DNA of 64,000 nt. It comes from Chiloscyllium plagiosum (Eukaryota). The translations under genes and the position numbers were made by a program. Under the pieces are notes generated by a model. That model did no database searches. It was not told the DNA's origin and worked only from the letters and a program-made list of their open reading frames with translations. The stretch covers positions 11,734,941 through 11,798,940 of the forward strand of contig NC_057720.1 in assembly GCF_004010195.1 (NCBI RefSeq). Direction: 5' to 3'. Below are positions 12,918-25,838 of this stretch, one piece after another (within the stretch, counting starts at the first letter, position 1; every line of letters starts with the position of its first letter).

Positions 12918-13114
12918 GGATTTTACGAGAGGCTTCCCAACATCCAGAGGGAGATAGAGAAGCAAAAATGTAAGCAACTCAAAAACATGTGTGAGAGAAA
13001 CAGGGTTATAATGTAGTGGACTTCAACTTTGCTAACATTAACTGCACTCACCTTATTGTGAAAGGATTAGACGAGGTGGAATTTTTAAAGTGCATCCAAG
13101 ACAGCTCCATATGC

Positions 13115-13346
13115 CAGTGCATAGATGGGACAATGCGTAGATAGGACAGTGCATAGATAGGACAGTGCATGGATAAGACAGTGCGTAGATAGGATAGTGT
13201 GTAGATAGGACAGTGCGTAGATAGGACAGTGCGTAAATAGGACAGTGCGTAGATAAGACAGTGCGTAGATGGGACAGTGCGTAGATGGGACAGTGCGTAG
13301 ATAGGACAGTGCGTAGATGGGACAGTGTGTAGATGGGACAGTGTGT
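13115..13346 (+). repeat. 16-bp minisatellite (cagtgcgtagatagga)n, about 14 copies, running into the gap
   Basis: Directly visible tandem array. Confidence 0.9.
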
Positions 13347-14297
13347 NNNNNNNNNNNNNNNNNNNNNNNNNNNNNNNNNNNNNNNNNNNNNNNNNNNNNN
13401 NNNNNNNNNNNNNNNNNNNNNNNNNNNNNNNNNNNNNNNNNNNNNNNNNNNNNNNNNNNNNNNNNNNNNNNNNNNNNNNNNNNNNNNNNNNNNNNNNNNN
13501 NNNNNNNNNNNNNNNNNNNNNNNNNNNNNNNNNNNNNNNNNNNNNNNNNNNNNNNNNNNNNNNNNNNNNNNNNNNNNNNNNNNNNNNNNNNNNNNNNNNN
13601 NNNNNNNNNNNNNNNNNNNNNNNNNNNNNNNNNNNNNNNNNNNNNNNNNNNNNNNNNNNNNNNNNNNNNNNNNNNNNNNNNNNNNNNNNNNNNNNNNNNN
13701 NNNNNNNNNNNNNNNNNNNNNNNNNNNNNNNNNNNNNNNNNNNNNNNNNNNNNNNNNNNNNNNNNNNNNNNNNNNNNNNNNNNNNNNNNNNNNNNNNNNN
13801 NNNNNNNNNNNNNNNNNNNNNNNNNNNNNNNNNNNNNNNNNNNNNNNNNNNNNNNNNNNNNNNNNNNNNNNNNNNNNNNNNNNNNNNNNNNNNNNNNNNN
13901 NNNNNNNNNNNNNNNNNNNNNNNNNNNNNNNNNNNNNNNNNNNNNNNNNNNNNNNNNNNNNNNNNNNNNNNNNNNNNNNNNNNNNNNNNNNNNNNNNNNN
14001 NNNNNNNNNNNNNNNNNNNNNNNNNNNNNNNNNNNNNNNNNNNNNNNNNNNNNNNNNNNNNNNNNNNNNNNNNNNNNNNNNNNNNNNNNNNNNNNNNNNN
14101 NNNNNNNNNNNNNNNNNNNNNNNNNNNNNNNNNNNNNNNNNNNNNNNNNNNNNNNNNNNNNNNNNNNNNNNNNNNNNNNNNNNNNNNNNNNNNNNNNNNN
14201 NNNNNNNNNNNNNNNNNNNNNNNNNNNNNNNNNNNNNNNNNNNNNNNNNNNNNNNNNNNNNNNNNNNNNNNNNNNNNNNNNNNNNNNNNNNNNNNNN
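13347..14297. other. Assembly gap (N run)
   Basis: About 950 Ns. Confidence 1.
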
Positions 14298-14860
14298 TGG
14301 AGATCAAAGTTGAAACTTTATTGCTGGAACAGCACAGCAGGTCAGGCAGCATCCAGGGAACAGGAGATTCGACGTTTCGGGCACAGGCCCTTCTTCAGGA
14401 ATGAGCAGAGAGTGTTCAGCAGGAGAAGATAAAAGGTAGGGAGGAGGGACTTGGAGGAGGGGTGTTGGAAATGTGATAGGTGGAAAGAGGTCAAGGTGAG
14501 GGTGATAGGTCGGAGTAGGGTGGAGGCGGAGAGGTCAAGAAGAAGACTGCAATCCTTCCAGCCCGGCACCGCCTTCCTGACCTGCAGTCTTCTTCTTGAC
14601 CTCTCCGCCTCCACCCTACTCCGACCTATCACCCTCACCTTGACCTCTTTCCACCTATCACATTTCCAACTCCCCTCCTCCAAGTCCCTCCTCCCTACCT
14701 TTTATCTTCTCCTGCTGAACACTCTCTGCTCATTCCTGAAGAAGGGCCTGTGCCCGAAACGTCGAATCTCCTGTTCCCTGGATGCTGCCTGACCTGCTGT
14801 GCTGTTCCAGCAATAAAGTTTCAACTTTGATCTCCAGCATCTGCAGACTCACTTTCTCCA
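14298..14860. mobile_element. Young fold-back PLE (family A): ~250-bp near-perfect inverted repeat with ~31-bp spacer
   Basis: Arms ~14298-14551 and ~14583-14836; I noticed one mismatch. Hammerhead on each strand. Confidence 0.8.
14732..14767 (+). ncRNA. Minimal type I hammerhead ribozyme motif (PLE type)
   Basis: attc-CTGAAGA-a-GGGC ctgt GCCC-GAAA-c-GTC-gaat: stem I attc/gaat, stem II gggc/gccc, palindromic ACGT in place of stem III. Mirror copy at ~14367-14402 (-). Confidence 0.7.
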
Positions 14861-16014
14861 GCGTGTAGATAGTCCAACTAGAGATAGGACAGTGCATAGA
14901 TAGTAGATAGTCCAACTAGAGATAGGACAGTGCTCGACCTAATCCTAGGGAATGAAGCTGGTTCATGTGGTTGAAGTTTCAATGGTCGAGAATTTTGGGG
15001 GTAATGATCATAGCTCCAAGTTTCAAAGTCATTATGGAAAGGGGTAAGGTAAGTGCAGAAGTTAAGTGTCTAAATTTGGGGAAGGCCAATTTAAATGTCA
15101 TTAGACAGGATCTGGCAAACGTGGACTGGGAGCAGCTACCTTCAGGTATGTGTACACTTGGAAAGTGAGGGTCCTAAAAGTAGGATATTGAGAATTCAGG
15201 GCCAGCATGTTCCTCTGACAGTGAAGGTCAAGGGGAGCGGACCAGGGAACCATGGAGGTCAAGGGCTATTGAGAGTTTGGTTAAAAAAAAAGGAAGCTTA
15301 CTTTAGGTACAAAGCATTAAAAACAGGAGAGGCCCTTCAAGAGTATAGAGAGTGTAGGACGTTGCTTAAACAGGAAATTAGGAGGGCAAAGAGGGGTCAC
15401 TAAATATCTCTGGCCAATGGGATCAAGGAAAATCCCAAGGTTTTTTACAAGTACATTAGGAACAAGAGAATCGCCAGGAAAAGAGTAGGCCCAAAGGAGC
15501 GACCTGTGCATGGAGCCAGTGGCTGTGGGTGAGGCCTGAGATGAATACTTCTCATCTGTATTCAGAGATGAGAAAAACATTGTAGCTGGGGATTTTGCTT
15601 GGGATGGTGAGGTTCTAAAACATGTTAAGATTAATAAGGAGGGGGTATTATGTGTTTTACTAAACATACTGGTGTATAACACCCCAGGGTCTGACGAGAT
15701 ATATCCCAGGCTGCTTTGGGACGCAAGGGAGGAGCTTGCCGAGGCCCTGGCGGTGATATGTAATGCTTTGCTGGCCACAGGTGAAGTGACAGATGACTGA
15801 AGGATAGCTAATGGGGTTCCTTTGATCACGAAGAGGAGCAGAGATAGGCCAGGTAATCACAGACCAATTAGTCTGACCTCAGGGGTGGGGGAATTACTGG
15901 AAAAATTTCTGAAGAACAGGATTAATCAATACTTGGAAAGGCAGGGATTGATTAGGGATAGTCAGCATGGATTTGTCAGAGGGAGATTCTGTCTGAATAA
16001 CTTAACTGAAAAGG

Positions 16015-16190
16015 AGGAAGTGAGGACTGCAGATGCTGGAGAGTCAGAGTCGAAAAGTGTAACGCTGGCAAAGCACTGCAGGGCAGGCAGCAGGAATCTG
16101 ATGAAGGGCTTATGCCCGAAACGTCGAGTCTCCTGCTCCTCGGATGCTGTCTGACTGGCTGTGCTTTTCCAGTGCCACACTTTTTGACTC
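16015..16190. mobile_element. Fold-back PLE mini-element, family A
   Basis: Inverted arms; + strand core CTGATGA 16098-16104 ... GAAACGTC to 16125. Confidence 0.75.
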
Positions 16191-16480
16191 TTTCTTGAAA
16201 AGGTGACTGGATATATTGATGAGGTTGTTGTCATTGATGTGGTTTACATGGACTTCAGTAAGGCCTTTAACAAAGTCTCACATGGAAAGCTGGTCCAAAA
16301 GGTGAGAGACCATGGGATCCAAGGCAAGTTTGCAAACTGGATCCAAAACTGGCTTACAAATAGGCGGCAAAGGATGATGGTAGAGGATTGTTTTTGTGAT
16401 TGGAAGTCTGTGACCAGTGGTGGACCAGGATGTGAATGTAGAAAGTTTAATTAGCCAGTTTGCAGATGACATGAAAATTG

Positions 16481-16715
16481 ATTCAGAGATGCCGGTGTTG
16501 GACTGGGGTGTACAAAGTTAAAAATCACACAACACCAGGTTATAGTCCAACAGGTTTAATTGGAAGCACACTAGCTTTCGGAACGACGCTCCTTCATCAG
16601 GTAATTGTGTCAATCAGACACAATCACCTGATGAAGGAGCATTACTCCGAAAGCTAGTGTGCTTCCAATTAAACCTGTTGGACTATAACCTGGTGTTGTG
16701 TGATTTTTAACTTTG
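16481..16715. mobile_element. Fold-back PLE mini-element, family B, with two hammerhead cores
   Basis: TSD gacatgaaaattg at 16468-16480 and 16716-16728; arms ~90 bp. Confidence 0.8.
16625..16659 (+). ncRNA. Minimal hammerhead ribozyme motif, family B
   Basis: cac-CTGATGA-a-GGAG catta CTCC-GAAA-gc-TA-gtg: stem I cac/gtg, stem II ggag/ctcc, palindromic AGCT. Mirror copy at ~16569-16604 (-). Confidence 0.65.
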
Positions 16716-17541
16716 GACATGAAAATTGGGAGAGTTGTTGATGGTGAGGAGATGGACTCAGGCTATGGTCTGATATTGATCAGCTGGTAAATTGGGCAGA
16801 GCAGTGATGGATGGAATTTAATGCTGATAAGTGCGAGGTAATGCATTTTGAGAGGTCTAATAAGTGAAGGACATACCCAATGAATGGTAAGTTCCTGGCA
16901 AGTACTGAGGAACAAAGGGACTTTGGTGTGTGATCTACAGATTCCTGAAGATATCAATACAGGTAGACAAGGTGGTGAAGAAGGCATATAGGATGATTGC
17001 ATTCATTAGCCAGGGCATAGAATATAGGAGCAAGGAAGTTTTGTTACAGCTTTATAGAGCATTGGTTAGACTATAGATGTGCGCAGTTCTGGTCGCCACA
17101 CTATTGCGAAGACATGTTTGCCCTGGAGAAGGTACACAGGAGATTCATGTCCTGAAGTAGCTTTAGACCCGAAACATTGAATTCTCCACCTCCTGATGCA
17201 GCCTGGCTTGCTGTTTTCTTCCAGCCTCCTGCTTGTCTAGCCTGGAATGAAAAGTCTGTTAGGAGGAGAGACTGAATGAGCTGGGTTTGTTTTCCTTGGA
17301 CCAGAGGAAGCTGAGGAGGGATCTGACTGAGGTATCCAAAATTATTAATGAGTAGATTGTGAGAATCTCTTCCCCATGGCAGATGTGTCTAAGACCAGAG
17401 GGCTTAAGTTCAAGATGACGAGCAAGTGGTTTAGAAGAGATCTCAGAATGAATTATTTCACCAAGAAGAAGGTAGATTTATTGAAGTATTTAAGAAACAT
17501 CTGCTAGGGCATAATAGGCTGTGGTACATGGGAATAGTGTA

Positions 17542-17853
17542 TTAGATTACTTACAGTGTGGAAACAGACCCTTTGGCCCAACAAGTCCACACCGACCTGC
17601 CGAAGCGTAACCCACCCGCCGAAGTGCAACCCACCCAGACCCATTCCCCTACATTTCACTCCTTCACCTAACACTATGGGCAATTTAGCATGGCCAATTC
17701 ATCTAACCTGCACATTTTTGGACTGTGGGAGGAAACCCACACAGACATGGGGAGAATGTGCAAACTCCACACAGACAGTTGCACAATGCGGGAATTGAAC
17801 CCAGGTCTCTGGCGCTGTGAGGCAACAGTGCTAACCACTGTGCCACCGTGCCG
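17542..17853 (-). mobile_element. HE1-like V-SINE with small internal tandem duplication
   Basis: SINE architecture; duplicated ccgaag..aacccaccc at ~17600-17637. Confidence 0.85.
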
Positions 17854-18505
17854 TGTAGTTTGGTGTTTATTGATCGGCATAGACACAGTGGGCCAAAAGG
17901 TCTGTTTCAATGCTGCATGATTCTATGACTCTAATTATTACTGACAATAAAAATAAGGAAATATGGAGATGAGGTTAGCATCTCAAGCATCAATATGAAA
18001 CCATTATTGAAGTCGGACCTCATCAAAATACAATCATGGAACAAAGGAGGACACTAATGAGATATAAAACTTCAGACCCAGAACTACACACTCCAGAACT
18101 TCATTCCTAAGTCTTGTAGGACGTAAGTAGGAACGTTTCAGAAGCCTTAACTGTATTCTTGCAAAGTTCAGAGAATTTGAAAACAGTTTCTTTAGATTGG
18201 AAAATTGTGTATGTCATGATTTAAAAAGGGTGACAGAAGGAAACCAGAGAATTGTAGACCAGTCAACCAAATGTCTGTTGTCAGGAAATTACAGGGGTTT
18301 ATAATTAAGTATTAGGGTGACTGATCACTTTGAAAGTTTTCAACTGATCAGAGAGGGAGCCAGCATGGATTTGTAAGCAGCAGTTCATGCCGAATGAATT
18401 TGGTTGAATTCTTAGAAAATCAGTCTGAAGAAGCAAACGAGAGATTGTCTTTGCCGCATTTGATGAAGGTCCTCACAAGAGACTCTTAGTTGGTGTTGGA
18501 CTATT

Positions 18506-18720
18506 GTCGAGAGTGTGGTGCTGGAAAAGCACAGCAGGTCAGGCAGCATCCGAGGAGCAGGAGAGTCGATGTTTCGGGCAAAAGCCCTTCACCATTCCTG
18601 ATGAACGGCTTTTGCCCGAAACGTCGACTCTCCTGCTCCTCGGATACTGCCTGACCTGCTGTGCTTTTCCAGCACCACACTCTTGACTTTAATCTCGAGC
18701 ATCTGCAGTCCTCACTTTTG
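18506..18720. mobile_element. Fold-back PLE mini-element, family A
   Basis: Two ~85-bp inverted arms meeting at the hammerhead cores (~18565-18625). Confidence 0.8.
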
Positions 18721-20337
18721 CCTGGTGTTATGCTATTGATGAGGTTATGGAAACCAAGTGGTTTCATTCTCAAGACAGTCAGGAGGACGGGCAGGAATCA
18801 GCAGGATGTAACGAGTGGGGTCATGCAAGGATCTGCATTGCAGCTTCCAAATTCCAAGGAATATAACCGTAACGTGTTTAACCCCATCTTGTGACTTTCC
18901 CCTCAGAGTACAGGTAAACCTACACTGGTCCCCTCCAAGGCCATTACATCCTTTTTGAGAAATGGTGAGCAGAAAGTTCACAATAACTCCAGGTGGGGTT
19001 TAGATCATAAGACCACAAGACATAGGAGCAGAAGTTAGGCCATTCAGCCCATCGAGTCTGCTCCACCATTCAATCATGGCTGATACATTTCTTAAACACA
19101 TTCTCCCACTTTCTCCCCATAACCCTTGATCCCCTTGACAATCAAGAACCCGTCTATCTCAGTCTTAAATAAATGCAATGACCTGGCCTCCACAGTCTTC
19201 TGTGGCAACAAATCCCATAGATTCACCACTCTCTGACTGAAGAACTTTAATCAGGACTTCTACCTTTGAGTCCCTTTGACAGAAAGTCCACCATCCTCTC
19301 TTATCTCATTTGTAAATACTCATGATATTTTAATGCTCCCTGTATCTGAACCCTCAGGTCTCTGAATCTCCACTCATACTTGTTGTTAGAATGTACTCTC
19401 TGTTCTAATTTTTCCTTCAGTCCAAAGTACATACTTCACATTTGCCTATGCTAAATTACATTTGCCACCAGTTTACTGTTTTGCTAAGTCTGACAAGGTC
19501 TCTTTGTAACTTTACACTTCCACATCTACACGATTTACACTATCTTTGTGTCAGCACCACTCGGTCTAAATCCGAACCATGTTAATCATTTGCCTACAGC
19601 TCCACTTCAGCCTCTCCCATCTGCTCCACCAAAGAGCTTCCATTATGGGAGGCCTGGACAATTGGACCAAAGTTTACAGTCTGGGGAAGGGCAGACCCAG
19701 AGAAGGTTAGGGCAGGGAATAATAGTCTAAAGCTTAAAACTGGAGCTTTCATGAGTGAAATGATGATTTATGTAAAGTGTTGGAATCTGGGACTCCCTTC
19801 CACAGATAGTCATCAATGGTAAAAACAATTGTCACATTTTGATATTACCTTTGACAGACATTTGACAGCAGAGATATTAAGAGATATGGGGCAAAGGCAG
19901 CTGGAGCTAGATCATTCGATAGAAACAGGTCCCAGCCACAAAGTGACCAACTCCTCTTCCCATTAAAGGTGCTATATCAATGCATGTTGTGCGAAACCAT
20001 TTTGAGTAAAGACTGAATATAGAGTGAGTATTAAATCTCCTGTGAACAACTAAACATCCCTGGAGGATACTAACATTGAGGACAAATAATAACAGCATTG
20101 CTGGAGAAGCCCGGGGCTTTAGGAGGGCCACAGCTTTAATGCTCCTCTCTCTGTTTCCACAGATGCTGCCAGACCTGCTGAGTTTCTCCAGCAGTTCCTG
20201 CTTTCGTTTCCCATCGTTTTCATTTTATTTTGCCGAAAATGAGATCGGGGTGGGGGGTGGTGACGAGTGTGCAGATTTGGTTGCTGTGGGAATCTCAGCG
20301 CGAGTTCATCAAAATTCAAATCAGAAGCAGCTATTTC

Positions 20338-20380
20338 GGGGGGCGGTGCGTTGATACCGCCTGGGGTTTGGATATAAAAG
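20338..20380 (+). promoter_or_regulatory. Putative AK5 core promoter: GC box (GGGGCGG ~20340-20346) and TATA box (TATAAAAG 20373-20380)
   Basis: Canonical motifs about 100-140 bp upstream of the AK5 ATG at 20482, in a locally CpG-richer, TE-free stretch. TSS inferred near 20400, not observed. Confidence 0.6.
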
Positions 20381-20481
20381 GATGTGCAGGAAGCACGGCC
20401 ACACAGCGAAGCAGGGGACAGCAAGTCTGCTGCAAGGTCGAGCTTCCTAGCTCACAGCCCAGCCCCAAGGAGCAGCCGACA

Positions 20482-20541
20482 ATGACCACAGCCGAGTGGA
20501 AAGACTACCTGGCCAAGAAGCAGATACCCCAGCTGTTTGAG
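20482..20541 (+). CDS. AK5: Adenylate kinase 5 family, coding exon 1 (MTTAEWKDYLAKKQIPQLFE)
   Basis: ATG in context ACAATGA; 60 nt ending GAG|gtgag (phase 0). Resembles the vertebrate AK5 N-terminus (recalled as MNTNDAKEYLARREIPQLFE). Confidence 0.9.
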
Positions 20542-20894
20542 GTGAGCTGTATTGCAAGAGAGAGGGGGGGGGGGTAGGGCATCTCTACAATTAGCCCAGA
20601 CCACTTCTCCCCACGTCTTCAAGAAATAAGAATTGACCCTCAGAGGCTCCCAGTCGCATCCATAGTCAACGCCATCTCAACTGTTTACTTTGAAAAGTTG
20701 AGACGTTTTGTGTGAGTCTATTTCGGGGGAAATGTGTTTTAGCTAATTGGGAACTTCGCTTTTCGAAAACAGAAACGAAGCACTTGCAGACACGTCAGTG
20801 GGCGATGCGAGATTTTGTAATTAGCACCTGTAATTAGTTCCTAACACATCAGGGTTATTTGAGTTTTGACAGAGTTGCAGTTATTACAAACCTT

Positions 20895-22700
20895 TCAGTC
20901 CAACTCGTCCCATGCTGACCCCAGATATCCGAAATTAATTTTGTCCCATTTGTCAGCATTTGGCCCATATCCCTCCAAACCCTTCCTATTCATATACCCA
21001 TCCAAATGCCTTTTAAATGTTGTAATTGTATCAGCCTCCACCACTTCCTCTGGCAGCTCATTCCATACACGCACCACCTTCTGCATATTGCTCCTTAGGT
21101 CTCTTTTAAATCTTTCCCGTCTCACCCTGTATCCTCCAGCCTTGGATTCCCCTACCCTGGGGAAAAGACCTTAGCTATTCACCCTATCCATGCCTCTCAT
21201 GATTTTATAAGCTTCTATAAGGTCACCCCTCAGCCTCTGATGCTCCAGGGAAAGCGACCCCAGTCTATTCAGCCTCTCCCTACAGCTCAAATCCTCCATC
21301 ACCGGCAACATCCTTGTAAATCATTTCTGAACCCTTTCAAGTTTAACATTCTTTCTATGGCAGGCTGACCAGACTTGAACACAGTATTCCAAAAGTGGCC
21401 AAACCAATGTCCTGTACAGCTGGAACATGACCTCCCAACTCCTATACTCAATGCACTGACCAATAAAGACAACGTACCAAATGCTTTCTGAGATTCACTT
21501 TTTATGAATGAGATTGCTTGATCACTTTGAGGGGTGGTTCTCAAACGTATTTTGGTTTCCTCCTTGCAAAGGAATTTAGAAGAATGAGAAGTGATCTCAT
21601 TGAAACATCGAGGATTCTTCATAAGTTTGACAGGGTAAATGCTGAGGGGATGTTTCTCTTCACAGGACAGTCTAGGACCAGAGGCCACAGTTTCAGAGTA
21701 AATGGGTGCCAATTTAACACTGACATTAGGAGGAATTTCTTCTCTCAGAGGGTTGTGAGTCTTTGGAACTCCTGGCCACAGAGGGCTGTGGGGGAAGAGT
21801 CCTTGTGAGTATTTAAGGCTGAGATGGGTAGATTCTTGATCAGTCAGGGAATCAAGGGTTACAGGAAAAGTGGAAGTGTGGAGTGTTGGATCAGCCACGA
21901 TTCTACAAAATGGTGGATCAGGCTTGAGGGGCCGAACTCCTGTTCTTATTTCTCGTGGTCTTTTCATATGCAGGCTCGAAGGGCGGAATGGCCTACTCCT
22001 GCACCTATTGCCTATTGTCTATTGACCCCCTTATCTAGAGTTATGCAGTGATGCAGCACAGAAACAGACCCTTTGGTCCAACAAGTCCATGCCGACTATA
22101 ATCCCAAACTAAACTAGTCCCACGTGCTTGGACTTGGCCCATATCCCTCCAAACCTTTCCTATTCATGAACTGATCCAAAAATCTTTTAAATGTTGTAAC
22201 TGTATCTGCATGCACCACTTTCTCTGGCTGTTCACTCTCTGTGTAAAAAATGTTGCCCCTCATGTCCTTTTTAAATCTTTCTTCTCTCACCTTAAAAATA
22301 TACCCCATAGTTTTGAACTCTGTCACCTTCGGGAAAAATCACTTGTCTTTCACCTTATCTATAGCCCTCACAATCTTTTAAACCTCAATAAGGTCACCTG
22401 TCAACCTCTAATGCTCCAGTGAAAAAAGTCCCAGTCTTTCCAGTCTATTTTTAAAACTCAAACCCTCCCGTCCTGGCAACATCCTGGTAAACCTTTTCTG
22501 AACCCTCTCCAATTTAATAATATGCTTCCAGTAACAGAACGACCAGAACTGCACACAGTACTCCAGAAGAGGCCTCACCAACATCCTGTACAACCTCAAC
22601 ATGACATCTCAACTCCTACTCCCAAAGGTCTGAGCAATGAAGGCAAGCATGCTAAACTTCCTCTGAACCATCCTGTCTACCTGTGATGCAAGTTTCAAAT
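20895..22700. mobile_element. Cluster of CR1 3' fragments (20895-21490 -, ~21570-21960 +, 22040-22700 -) in AK5 intron 1
   Basis: [20 protein letters not shown] and VWNELPEEVV motifs. Confidence 0.85.
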
Positions 22701-22951
22701 ATTACCTAAGATTCACAATGAGAAATTGATGCATTTATAGATTACTTTAATAATGCTTTTAAGAAGCAAATAATTACTGACAGTAGCAATTTGAACACAA
22801 TTTCACTGATGTAGTCAGTGATCAGATAAAATGGATGCAAATAGTAAGTGTGCATGTGTCAACTGAACTGTTTTTAATTTGGTTAAAAATTACCTATTAG
22901 TCACACACACTGTATATACAATCAAATTATACCCAATGCAAATAGTTATTA

Positions 22952-23018
22952 GCGAGCGCGTGAGAGAGTGAGCGCGTGAGAGAGCGAGCGCGAGAGTGTG
23001 TGAGAGAGAGAGCGTGTG
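22952..23018. repeat. GA/GC/GT-rich microsatellite
   Basis: gcgagcgcgtgagagagtg... visible. Confidence 0.8.
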
Positions 23019-23864
23019 ATAGGCTTATGGCAGTTTATAGTTTATTTGGGCTGAGTTACCCCTAATTCTTTTACTTTTCTGAGTGACATTCTCAGGAATG
23101 TTTTGCAAACCCTTGCAAAACAAGCACATTTCTGTTATTTAATCATTCAAAATATTCACATTGTTGCGGCAGGGTTGAATAATCAAAGGCCCCTCCCACT
23201 CCCCTTACGATCTCTTCCACTCTTTTCCGTTGGGCAGAAGATAAAAATTGTGTACACATATGAATAGATTCAAGAACAGCTTCTTCCCTGCTGTTGTTAG
23301 ACTTCTGAATGGATCTTTCAAATTTTAGATTCGATTTTGATCTCGCTCTTTGTGCAGCCGTAACATAGTGTTCCTCGCTCTGCTCTATTACACTAATGCA
23401 CTTTGTATGCTATGATCTGCTTGTACTGCACATGAAACAAAACTTTTCACTGTACCTGGGTCCACATGACAATGATTAATGGAATCAAATCAACAAGATT
23501 TGACCAGGTCAAACTGACAGCTTCTCCAGATTTAGCTCCTGGCATTGAACAAGGAGCAGTTTTTTATTTATGTGAAAGTGAGGACTATAGATGCTGGAAA
23601 TCAGAGTCTAGATTAGAGTGGTGCTGGAAAAGCACAGCAGGTCAGGCAGCATCCGAGAAGCAGGAGAATCAGTTTTTTATTTGTTCATGTGATGAGGGTG
23701 TCACTGACCATCTGTAAATGCACAGAGAACATTTAAGAATCTGTCATGTTGCTGTAGGTCTGGATTCACATCCAGCCCAAATAAAGATGAAAGTTTCCTT
23801 CTCTAAATGACCACATTAGTGATCCAGATGGGTTTTTTAAAAACCTGTCAACAGTGGTTTAATG

Positions 23865-24085
23865 AAAACAACAAATGCTGGAGATCACAGCAGGTCAGAC
23901 TGAATCCATGCAGAGCAAGCTAATGTTTCGAGTCTAGATAACTCCTTATCAGAACTGCTCTGATGGAGAATTATCTAGACTTGAAATGTTAGTTTGCTCT
24001 CTCTCCATGGATTCTGTCTGACCCACTGTGAACTCCAGCATTTGCCTTTAGTGCAGATTCCAGCAGCTGCAGTAATTTGTTCTGA
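23865..24085. mobile_element. Fold-back PLE mini-element, family C (stem gagtc-tag-actc)
   Basis: TSD caacagtggtttaatg at 23849-23864 and 24086-24101; inverted arms with degenerate ctgatg..gaaa(t)gtt cores. Confidence 0.65.
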
Positions 24086-24734
24086 CAACAGTGGTTTAAT
24101 GGTCATCATTGGAATTCAAATTTCACCATCTGGAATGACGGGTTTTGAACCCATGCTCTCAGAACATTAGCCTGGGATTCTTTCATTGATTAGGGGAAAG
24201 TGAAGGCTGCAGATCCTGGAGAGTCAGAGTCAAAAAGTGTGGCACTGGAAAAGCACAGCAGGTCAGGCAGCATCCAGGGACCAGGACAGTCGATGTTTAG
24301 GGCATGAAGAATGTGAGAGGGGGGAAAGGGGATGAGAGGTAAATAAGAGGGTGGGGGTGGGCTGAAGGGGAGGTAGGTGGGAAGGCAAAACATCGATTTC
24401 TCTGAAGAGTAACCCACCCAGACCCATTTCCCTCTGACTAATGCACCTAACACTATGGGCAATTTTGGCATAGCCAATTCACCTGACCGGCACATCTTTG
24501 GGCTGTGGGAGGAAACCAGAGCAAACCCGCGCAGACAGTCACCCAAGCCTGGGATTGAAACTGGGACCCTGGTGCTGTGAGGCAGCAGTGCTAACTACTG
24601 AGCCATCGTGATGATTGCCTACAGTATCCGCACATACAGCTAAGGATAGCACCAGGTCCAATTCAGGAGGATTTAGTTTGAGCAAATGGGTGAGGGATAG
24701 TATACAGTATTAACCAGCCAGGGAAATGAGTCAT

Positions 24735-25838
24735 AGAACAATACAGCACAGAACAGGCCTTTCGGCCCACGATGTTGTGCCGAACTTCTAACCTAGATTA
24801 AGTACCCATCCATGTACCTATCCAAGTGCCGCTTAAAGGTCGCCAATGATTCCGACTCTACCACTCCCACGGGCAGCGCATTCCATGCCCCCACCACTCT
24901 CTGGGTAAAGAACCCACCCCTGACATCTCCTCTATACCTTCCACCCTTCACCTTAAATTTATGTCCCCTTGTAACACTCTGTTGTAGCCGGGGAAAAAGT
25001 TTCTGACTGTCTACTCTATCTATTCCTCTGATCATCTTATAAGCCTCTATCAAGTCACCCCTCATCCTTCGCCGTTCCAACGGGAAAAGGCCGAGAACTC
25101 TCAACCTATCCTCGTACGACTTCCTCTCCATTCCAGGCAACATCCTGGTAAATCTTCTCTGCTCCCTCTCCAAAGCTTCCACATCTTTCCTAAAGTGAGG
25201 CGACCAGAACTGCACACAGTACTCCAACTGTGGCCTAACCAAAGTCCTGTACAGCTGCAACATCACTTCACGACTCTTGAATTCAATCCCTCTGCTAATG
25301 AACGATGATACTCCATAGGCCTTCTTACAAACTCTATTCACCTGAGTGGCAACCTTCAAAGATCTATGTACATAGACCCCAAGATCCCTCTGTTCCTCCA
25401 CCTGACTAAGAACCCTACCATTAACCCTGTATTCCGCATTCTTATTTGTTCTTCCAAAATGGTCAACCTCACACTTGGCAGGGTTGAACTCCATCTGCCA
25501 CTCCTCTGCCCAGCTCTGCATCATATCTAAGTCCCTCTGCAGCCGACAACAGCCCTCCTCACTGTCCACAACTCCACCTATCTTCGTATCATCTGCAAAT
25601 TTACTGACCCACCCTTCGACTCCCTCATCTAAGTCATTAATAAAAATTACAAACAGCAGAGGACCCAGAACTGATCCCTGCGGAACTCCACTTGTAACTG
25701 GGCTCCAGGCTGAATATTTACCATCTACCACCACTCTCTGCCTTCGACCGGTTAGCCAGTTTTCTATCCAATTGGCCAAATTTCCCTCTATCCCATGCCT
25801 CCTGACTTTCCGCATAAGCCTACCATGGGGAACCTTAT
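24735..25838 (-). mobile_element. Young 5'-truncated CR1 LINE with open RT C-terminal frame
   Basis: ORF 24793-25896: [34 protein letters not shown]; tail tgttctatg. Confidence 0.92.

Larger units (their letters stand above)
12615..17930 (+). mobile_element. Old fragmented CR1 ORF2 (EN to RT to 3' end) hosting several PLE and SINE insertions and an assembly gap
   Basis: EN-like, RPISLTS, DFSKAFNKVSH and FADD motifs in order, with stops and frameshifts. Confidence 0.75.

Noticed and set aside
13115..13346. CRISPR-like periodicity
   Set aside because: Head-to-tail tandem units with no unique spacers, no cas genes, eukaryotic context.
13048..14432. Long ORFs of 326-434 aa
   Set aside because: Artefacts of reading through the N gap and the minisatellite.
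1..20200. A second host gene upstream of AK5
   Set aside because: No exon-like segment with recognisable non-TE protein similarity found; small exons cannot be excluded by eye.
20230..20481. N-terminal extension of AK5 suggested by ORF 20230-20577
   Set aside because: Starts at a non-ATG codon upstream of the TATA box; homology begins at ATG 20482.
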